This document shows positions 58,106-64,000 of a stretch of DNA of 64,000 nt, piece by piece; positions within the stretch are counted from its first letter, which is position 1, and the number at the start of each line of letters is the position of its first letter. Made by a program: the position numbers and the translations under genes. The notes under the pieces are model-generated. The model searched no databases and was not told where the DNA came from. It was given only the letters and a program-made list of their open reading frames with translations. Source of the stretch: a virus; IMG/VR virus record IMGVR_UViG_3300045256_000294, positions 64,001-128,000 of that record. One strand, 5' to 3'.

Positions 58106-58942
58106 ATGTCAGACACAGCGACCATCGAAGCCAACTCCGGTGGGCGGGTGCGGTTCCAAATCGGAGCCGAGGTTCGGTACGTGCAGATTGACGGGACTAT
58201 CAGCCCGGACGTCTACCTCATCGACCAGGAGCGGAGCGACCGCAAGGGACACATCTCTCTGAAGGAGAAGCTGGCCGACGAAGGAGACAAGAGGACTCCC
58301 CGCGTCGTCCGCGTACATCACCGCCGTATTCTTCCACTCAACATGGACGGTAAGGCAGTGGTGATCGAGTCCCAGGGCAAGCACTGGTGCCTGTGCCCCG
58401 ACGACGGGATGGCCATCGAAGTGTCCCCCGGTAACACCGAGACGGTCTGCCCGAAGTGTTCGAAAACCTTTACCTTTCACTGGATCGGAGTACGACCGAT
58501 GGCTGACGCGACGAAGACCAAGGAACCCAAAGCCGAGAAGGAGCCGAAGGCGGAGAAGGCAGAGAAGGCCGCTCCCAAGCCCAAGGCGGAGCAAGCCCCC
58601 AAGGAGCCCAAGGCCGCGAAGGAGCCGGTGCTGGTGGACCTCACCGCCCTGGCCAAGCACAAGCACGTCGAACTGTGGACCAAGAGGAACGTCAAGTTCG
58701 ACCACGAGCGGATCGACGTTCAAGCCCACGTCCTGCTGTTCACCGGCGACAACCCCCGAAAGCTCTGCTTCAACACCTACAACGGTGCCTTGGGGAAAAA
58801 GGCCCCCGAACTGCCGGTCGAGGCGTTCCTGGCGAACGAGACCCTCAAGGGGGCCAAGAAGGACACCCCGTGGTTCCCCATCCCGGACCTGGAGAAGGCC
58901 CGGACCAAGCTCAGCAAGGACGGGTACGAGCAACACAAGTGA
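58106..58942 (+). CDS. hypothetical protein with a zinc ribbon and a KEPKAE low-complexity tract
   Basis: ATG 58106 after GGAG; CPDD...CPKC; KEPKAEKEPKAEKAEK. Confidence 0.7.
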   Translation: MSDTATIEANSGGRVRFQIGAEVRYVQIDGTISPDVYLIDQERSDRKGHISLKEKLADEGDKRTPRVVRVHHRRILPLNMDGKAVVIESQGKHWCLCPDDGMAIEVSPGNTETVCPKCSKTFTFHWIGVRPMADATKTKEPKAEKEPKAEKAEKAAPKPKAEQAPKEPKAAKEPVLVDLTALAKHKHVELWTKRNVKFDHERIDVQAHVLLFTGDNPRKLCFNTYNGALGKKAPELPVEAFLANETLKGAKKDTPWFPIPDLEKARTKLSKDGYEQHK

Positions 58943-59046
58943 CCGCCGGGTTGAAGCCGCTGGCCGCGGTAAACCGCCTCACCGGGGGGTAGTTCGCCGC
59001 GGCCAGAGACTACATAACTAAACCGCACCCTTGCAATAGAGTGCAC

Positions 59047-59247
59047 ATGCTAGTCCTATCTCGCAAGAAAAACGAATCAATCGTCGTCGGTGGCAACATC
59101 AAAATCACCGTCATCGAAATCGCCCCCGGCAAGGTCCGGTTAGGCGTCGAGGCTCCCAGGGACGTACCCGTACATAGGCTAGAAGTCTACGAGGCCATCC
59201 ATGGAAAGCCCAAGCCCCCAGAAACTACCCGTCCCGAAGGAAGTTGA
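59047..59247 (+). CDS. csrA: carbon storage regulator CsrA
   Basis: MLVLSRKKNESIVVG...KVRLGVEAPRDVPVHRLEVYEAI. Confidence 0.95.
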   Translation: MLVLSRKKNESIVVGGNIKITVIEIAPGKVRLGVEAPRDVPVHRLEVYEAIHGKPKPPETTRPEGS

Positions 59248-59485
59248 GCAACTCACCTACGAGTTGTTCGTCCTCCGGCGAATGCTACAGCAACTTCCTG
59301 GTAAAACCGGGGAGTTGATGCTTATCCAGTACGACAAAGTAATCGCCGCCATGAACGAACGCGACCGCGTATTCCGAGAGAAAGTCACCGGGCTCGTCGA
59401 TGACGCCATCCTGGAAGTGAAACTCCAGGAGTTCGACCTCGAAGCCACCCGTCGAGAACGTGACGAACTAAGAGACCAGTCCTGA
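59201..59485 (+). CDS. hypothetical coiled-coil protein
   Basis: 94-aa ORF containing FDLEATRRERD. Confidence 0.6.
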   Translation: MESPSPQKLPVPKEVEQLTYELFVLRRMLQQLPGKTGELMLIQYDKVIAAMNERDRVFREKVTGLVDDAILEVKLQEFDLEATRRERDELRDQS

Positions 59486-59617
59486 GCCCCCGTAGGCCCG
59501 TCCTTGGCCTCCCGCCACTTCATCCGACCTCGCGGCCATCTCGCCCGATAAACCCAAAGGAAGGCAGAAGAAAGCTCTACGTAGATATTCCGACACTCCA
59601 CCCGGAGTCTCGGAATT

Positions 59618-59971
59618 ATGGATCTGACCAAGAAGTGCATCCTCGTCGCCGGAGGCAGCGGATTCCTAGGCCAGCACGTCATGGTTGGCCTCACTGAACG
59701 TGGACTTATCAATACCCCACTCGGTCGCATGAATGGAGACGCCGACCCCAACCAACCCGGCCAGCCCAAAGGCACCGCCGTCACCTTCCGCAGCAAGCTG
59801 TGTAAGTTCACAGGGAAGATCAACTGGAACTCAGCTTACCCCGACAGCCAACCACGCCGCTACCTCGACACCCAGCGGGGCAAAAACGAGTTCGGCTTCC
59901 AGGCCACCCCCAGTTTGGAAGAGGGTCCGGCGGCGACCATCGAATGGGATAAGAAAAAGAGGACATCATGA
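59618..59971 (+). pseudogene. fcl: GDP-L-fucose synthase remnant with a large internal deletion
   Basis: N-terminal ILVAGGSGFLGQHV joined almost directly to C-terminal FTGKINWNSAYPDSQPRRYLDTQR..NEFGFQATPSLEEG. Only 117 aa, with the catalytic core missing. Confidence 0.75.
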
Positions 59972-60375
59972 TCGTCAAGGCCCCGGTCAGTCTCGGCGAG
60001 CTAATAGACAAAATCAGCATCCTGAAAATCAAGCAAGCTCGGATCAAGGACCCAACCAAGCTCGCCAACGTGAATTTCGAGCATGACGCCCTCTACGCCC
60101 TGTTCAACGACATCTACGAGAAGCTTCCAGCCGGCCAGCAACCAGCCCTAATTGATCTATCGGTCAAGCTCAAGAACATCAACGAGAAAATCTGGGATAT
60201 CGAGGACGGCATCCGCGAGTGTGAAAAGAACAAGGACTTCGGTCCTAACTTCATCGTGTTTGCCCGCGGTGTCTACCACAACAACGATGAACGGGCCGCC
60301 CTCAAGCGAAAGATCAACGACCTAGTTGGTTCCCAAATCGTCGAAGAGAAATCCTACACGGACTACAAAGGATGA
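59968..60375 (+). CDS. DUF6165-like protein
   Basis: PVSLGELIDKISILKIK...INEKIWDIEDGIR...ARGVYHNNDERAALKRKIN...EEKSY. Confidence 0.8.
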   Translation: MIVKAPVSLGELIDKISILKIKQARIKDPTKLANVNFEHDALYALFNDIYEKLPAGQQPALIDLSVKLKNINEKIWDIEDGIRECEKNKDFGPNFIVFARGVYHNNDERAALKRKINDLVGSQIVEEKSYTDYKG

Positions 60376-61091
60376 AGAAACTCGTGGTTATGGTGTCGGT
60401 GTATAATGCCGGGGATTTCATCGAGAATCGACTCGATAATCTCCAAAAAAGCACTATGGCCAAAGACACCGAAGTCTGGGTTGTCAACGCCAACAGCCCA
60501 GACCCACGCGACCACGCCATCCCACACAAGTTCGACGTCAAGTACGTGAAACTCCCTGAGAGGGTAGGGGTATACGCGGCTTGGAACTACATTATCAAGA
60601 ATTCAAAGAGCGTCTACCTCACCAACGCCAACGCCGACGACCTCATCGCTCCCAACGGCTACGAGACACTAACCAGGAACCTCGATCAAGTCAAGGCTTG
60701 CGACTTCAGTTACCCATCTTGGTTCACAACTGACACCCCCAACCTCACCTGGGAAGATGTGAGAAAAGGGAAAGCAGCTGCTTGTGACAAGTCCGGCAAA
60801 CCCGGCCAGTATAAAGGGAACCTGGATGACGGCGGTGTCGGCCATTTCCCCATATGGCGGCGAGCACTCCACGACAAGTTGGGGCTGTTTGATGAAGAGT
60901 TCAAAGCTCTGGGCGATGCCGATTGGTGGGCACGCTGCTGGTGGGTCGGCAAAGCCGATTTCCACTGGCATAAAGAGTACCTAGCCTGCTACCTATTCCG
61001 CAACGGCGAAAACCTCTGGCATCGTGAGGTCAACGAAGTCGAATGGCAACGCTACCACACAAAGGTCGCCAGCTACCGAAAGCCGGTCTAA
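60372..61091 (+). CDS. GT2 glycosyltransferase
   Basis: VSVYNA, GVYAAWN, NANADD and GLFDEEFKALGDADWW. Confidence 0.88.
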   Translation: MKKLVVMVSVYNAGDFIENRLDNLQKSTMAKDTEVWVVNANSPDPRDHAIPHKFDVKYVKLPERVGVYAAWNYIIKNSKSVYLTNANADDLIAPNGYETLTRNLDQVKACDFSYPSWFTTDTPNLTWEDVRKGKAAACDKSGKPGQYKGNLDDGGVGHFPIWRRALHDKLGLFDEEFKALGDADWWARCWWVGKADFHWHKEYLACYLFRNGENLWHREVNEVEWQRYHTKVASYRKPV

Positions 61092-61165
61092 ACATCAAGA
61101 AGCCAATCGTCCAGCAACAGCGAATAACCAACCCCTGCCGGCCCCATACGTCCGGCGGAGCACAA

Positions 61166-62077
61166 GTGACTATCCCACATTACAACGGCGACGAAGACTA
61201 CACCAAAATCGCCCTGATCCAGCCAGCATCCTGGGGCGACAACATCAACAGCACCTTGATGTTCAAACCGCTCAAAGACCACTATGGCTCCATGGTCCTC
61301 GACGTCTACACCGCCGAAAGCTACGCCTCCGCCTTCTTCAACAACCCCTACATCAACCGACTCATCGAGTTCCCGGCCCCCACCAAAGAGAAAGCCCTCG
61401 ATCTCCTCAACGTAATCCCACCCCTGGTCCAGGGAAGAGGCTACGACAAAATCTTCTGTCCACACCCCATGATTAACGGGGACAAATGGACCAGTATCCG
61501 CCACGGCGAGCTAGGCACCAACCTCATCAACGCCTGGGTACGGGCACTTGAAGAGACAGACATCGCGTTCGCCCTACCGCTAGAGACGATTTTAGTTCTG
61601 ACCCCGAACGAAGTGGCGAACGTCGACAACTTCTGCTCGCGGGTGAACATGAACTCCCGCAACATTCTCATGGAAGTCGAGGGACTTTCGGGGCAGACCT
61701 ACTGGAACCACCACTGGACTGAACGAGTAGGAAAATACCTCCTACGTGGCGATACCAACCTGTTCCTGTCGCGTCGAGCATCAGGTTCGGACGTGGCTGC
61801 TCTGGAACGGCACGCCCCCGGCCGCATCCACTTCGTGGGCGGGCTCAGTATTCGGGAATGTGCTGAACTGTTTAACCGCTGCGACATCTTCTTCAGCGTC
61901 TCGTCCGGCCTGTCAAACGCTTGCAACACCAACTGGTGCAAGAAGGACGGCAAGTGGATCGAGACGGTCAATTCAGACGCCGTGTCCAGTGCTCCAATTC
62001 GGCGAGAGGGCAAGATCTTCTGGACCGATAACAACCTCGACCACTTCATGGATATGCTGGCGGAGCACGGGATCTGA
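61166..62077 (+). CDS. GT9 (heptosyltransferase)-like GT-B protein
   Basis: QPASWGDNINST, NNPYINRL, LSIRECAELFNRCDIFFSVSSG. Confidence 0.75.
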   Translation: MTIPHYNGDEDYTKIALIQPASWGDNINSTLMFKPLKDHYGSMVLDVYTAESYASAFFNNPYINRLIEFPAPTKEKALDLLNVIPPLVQGRGYDKIFCPHPMINGDKWTSIRHGELGTNLINAWVRALEETDIAFALPLETILVLTPNEVANVDNFCSRVNMNSRNILMEVEGLSGQTYWNHHWTERVGKYLLRGDTNLFLSRRASGSDVAALERHAPGRIHFVGGLSIRECAELFNRCDIFFSVSSGLSNACNTNWCKKDGKWIETVNSDAVSSAPIRREGKIFWTDNNLDHFMDMLAEHGI

Positions 62078-62883
62078 TGTTGATACACCACCTAGACCAA
62101 ACCATCAAAGTCATCCCGCGGTTCGGGCTGGGTAACCGCCTTATGGCTATAGGCTCCGCTCTCCGACTGCAGAAATTGGGCTACTTCAGAACAGTCCGCG
62201 TTCAGTGGGAAGCCAGTGGTGATCTAAATGCTAACTTCTCAGACTTACTGGAAATCGACAATATCGTCCAGTCTTCCAAAGACCCGGACGACATCTACGT
62301 CGGCTTCCCCAATAAGCACAGAATCCCAAACCACGACCGGGTAACAGTCGAGGCGTGCGACATCTTCACAGTTGAGGATGACCCAACCGACCCGAACATC
62401 ATCAACAAGGAAATCGCCGCTGTCTTCAACCAAATTCGCTTCAAGCCATATCTCTACGCACTCGCTGACAAGTATGATGTAGCTGGAAGAACTGGACTTC
62501 ACTGTCGCCGCAGCGACTACCCATTCTCGCGTCCACCGATCAACACAGGTATCATCCCAAAATATCATGAGGTGCTAGACCACGGGTTCGCCGCCAACAT
62601 TAAAACCACATACCCAGGCCCCTACTTCCTGGCCAGTGATTCAGCCAAGACTGACGCTTATTTCATCGAACAGTTTCCTGGGATCATAACAGTCCCTAAG
62701 AAGCACTATCCAGAATGGTCAGTAAGGCCGCTAGAGACAGTGATCGAGGGCGTGGTCGATATGATTCTGTTGTCACGCTGCCGGATCTTGGTTGGAGACA
62801 GCCCAAGCACCTTCAGCACCGTTGCAGCCTGGCTGGGCGGTATCGAAAAAATGATCTGGCAACGGCCATGGATAACACTATGA
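62077..62883 (+). CDS. fucosyltransferase-like (NodZ / O-FucT type) GT-B protein
   Basis: GLGNRL, GLHCRRSD, FLASDS, DMILLSRC and STFS. Confidence 0.78.
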   Translation: MLIHHLDQTIKVIPRFGLGNRLMAIGSALRLQKLGYFRTVRVQWEASGDLNANFSDLLEIDNIVQSSKDPDDIYVGFPNKHRIPNHDRVTVEACDIFTVEDDPTDPNIINKEIAAVFNQIRFKPYLYALADKYDVAGRTGLHCRRSDYPFSRPPINTGIIPKYHEVLDHGFAANIKTTYPGPYFLASDSAKTDAYFIEQFPGIITVPKKHYPEWSVRPLETVIEGVVDMILLSRCRILVGDSPSTFSTVAAWLGGIEKMIWQRPWITL

Positions 62884-63821
62884 TCCATTTCGTATACGCC
62901 GGTGACCCAGACAGCGGAGCCATTCACGCCCCGCTGTGTATTACCAACCGCCTCTACTACTACCTCAAGGCCCGTACAGAAGTCAAGTTCTGGAGATGGG
63001 ACGCGACCGACGACATCCCACTCGGACCCAGCGACATCTTGCTGGGACACCCTAACCATAACCCAGACACGGTAATCCAGAAAGCATTCAGAAAGCACTG
63101 CCGGGCCAAGTGTCTAATTTTCCCGCTCCACACTCGCCGAACCACAGATAATCTCCCATTCGACCCACTGGTGAGGCGGGCTGATAAAGTCTTCTCTATC
63201 TGTGGGCCGTACTGGTACGACACACTCCCTGGCACCCCTTTCGCCCATTGGCAACCCAAGATCACTCGCCTGGATATGGCTATCGATCCGATTGCTTATC
63301 CTTACGTGAAGGGTGAATTCACTACCCATCGGCAATTGTTATATCTGGGCTCCGCTACCCCAAACAAGAATCTGCCATTTTTAGTGGCGATCATGAAGGC
63401 GATGCCCGACATCACCCTGCACTGGTACGGCGGAGAAGGCCGGCATCAGTTAGCCAGACTCAGGAATGTCCGGACCACTGGCTGGGTGTCTCTCGATAGG
63501 GCACGAGCCGAGGAGATCACTCGGAACTGTGACATCATGGTATCAACCAGCGACTCTGACGCTAACCCAACCACGCTCCTTGAGGCGATTGCTTGGGGGC
63601 TGGTTACGGCCTGCACTAAAGAATCTGGTTATTACAACGATCCCTTGTTCACGGAGTTGCCACTCAACAATGTGCCCTTAGCCGTCAAAGTTTTGCGTGG
63701 GTTGCTGGCCATACCGGACCTAAAGGAGCGGAGCTTGGCTAGTCGCCGCGAGATCGAAACCAAGTATACCTGGGACATCTTTTGTGAGAAAGTGTGGGAC
63801 GGTATCAAGGGGTATCTGTGA
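62880..63821 (+). CDS. GT4-like glycosyltransferase
   Basis: LYLGSATPNKN, GWVS and CDIMVSTSDSDANPTTLLEAIAWG, with YTWD near the end. Confidence 0.8.
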   Translation: MIHFVYAGDPDSGAIHAPLCITNRLYYYLKARTEVKFWRWDATDDIPLGPSDILLGHPNHNPDTVIQKAFRKHCRAKCLIFPLHTRRTTDNLPFDPLVRRADKVFSICGPYWYDTLPGTPFAHWQPKITRLDMAIDPIAYPYVKGEFTTHRQLLYLGSATPNKNLPFLVAIMKAMPDITLHWYGGEGRHQLARLRNVRTTGWVSLDRARAEEITRNCDIMVSTSDSDANPTTLLEAIAWGLVTACTKESGYYNDPLFTELPLNNVPLAVKVLRGLLAIPDLKERSLASRREIETKYTWDIFCEKVWDGIKGYL

Positions 63822-64000
63822 TGAACGAGACAACCTGGGTTGGTGCTCCTGACGACGTACGCACTGGCAACGACGCCCTCGACGCCATCCGCCAAGAGAA
63901 CGACGCCCACTACTACGATCCAACCTATGGTGTTGTACGGGTACCTCTAGACCGCTGGCGGAAAGCCCAAGGCTACGAGTCACGGGGCTGGCTGCACTGC

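Noticed and set aside
1-64000. Genome-wide stop-codon reassignment (TGA or TAG)
   Set aside because: Long genes are open in the standard code, and many end in TGA with ATGA/TGATG coupling. Only two isolated in-frame TGAs were seen.
1-64000. CRISPR array, tRNA or rRNA genes
   Set aside because: No regularly spaced repeats or convincing cloverleaf / T-loop patterns were found by eye. A tRNAscan run could still find some.

Overview
This window looks like part of a large, fairly GC-rich T4-like (jumbo) bacteriophage genome read in the standard genetic code. A Planctomycetota-like host is a weak guess. Replication and repair genes: DnaE (runs off the left edge, missing from the ORF track), SbcD and SbcC, a DinG/XPD-type helicase and NucS. 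Regulation: two head-to-head sigma-factor-like genes and CsrA. Other recognisable products: an actin-like ATPase, FolD, a PurZ-signature adenylosuccinate-synthetase homolog, many glycosyltransferase and nucleotide-sugar genes, two large virion-type proteins, and several free-standing or decayed homing endonucleases. Six LAGLIDADG inteins are visible: DnaE x2, helicase x1, a DUF115-like protein x1 and PurZ-like x2. The most notable signals are (1) tandem paralogous small genes whose C-termini resemble different pieces of the gp23 major capsid protein, one matching the Gol-peptide region; (2) an unannotated, heavily base-paired and pseudoknotted ~750-nt non-coding segment behind a candidate late promoter; (3) the twin-intein PurZ-like gene in a DnaE-encoding phage; and (4) putative head-packaged enzymes, a 2H phosphoesterase and a kinase. 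All calls come from reading motifs by eye; no database searches or folding programs were run.
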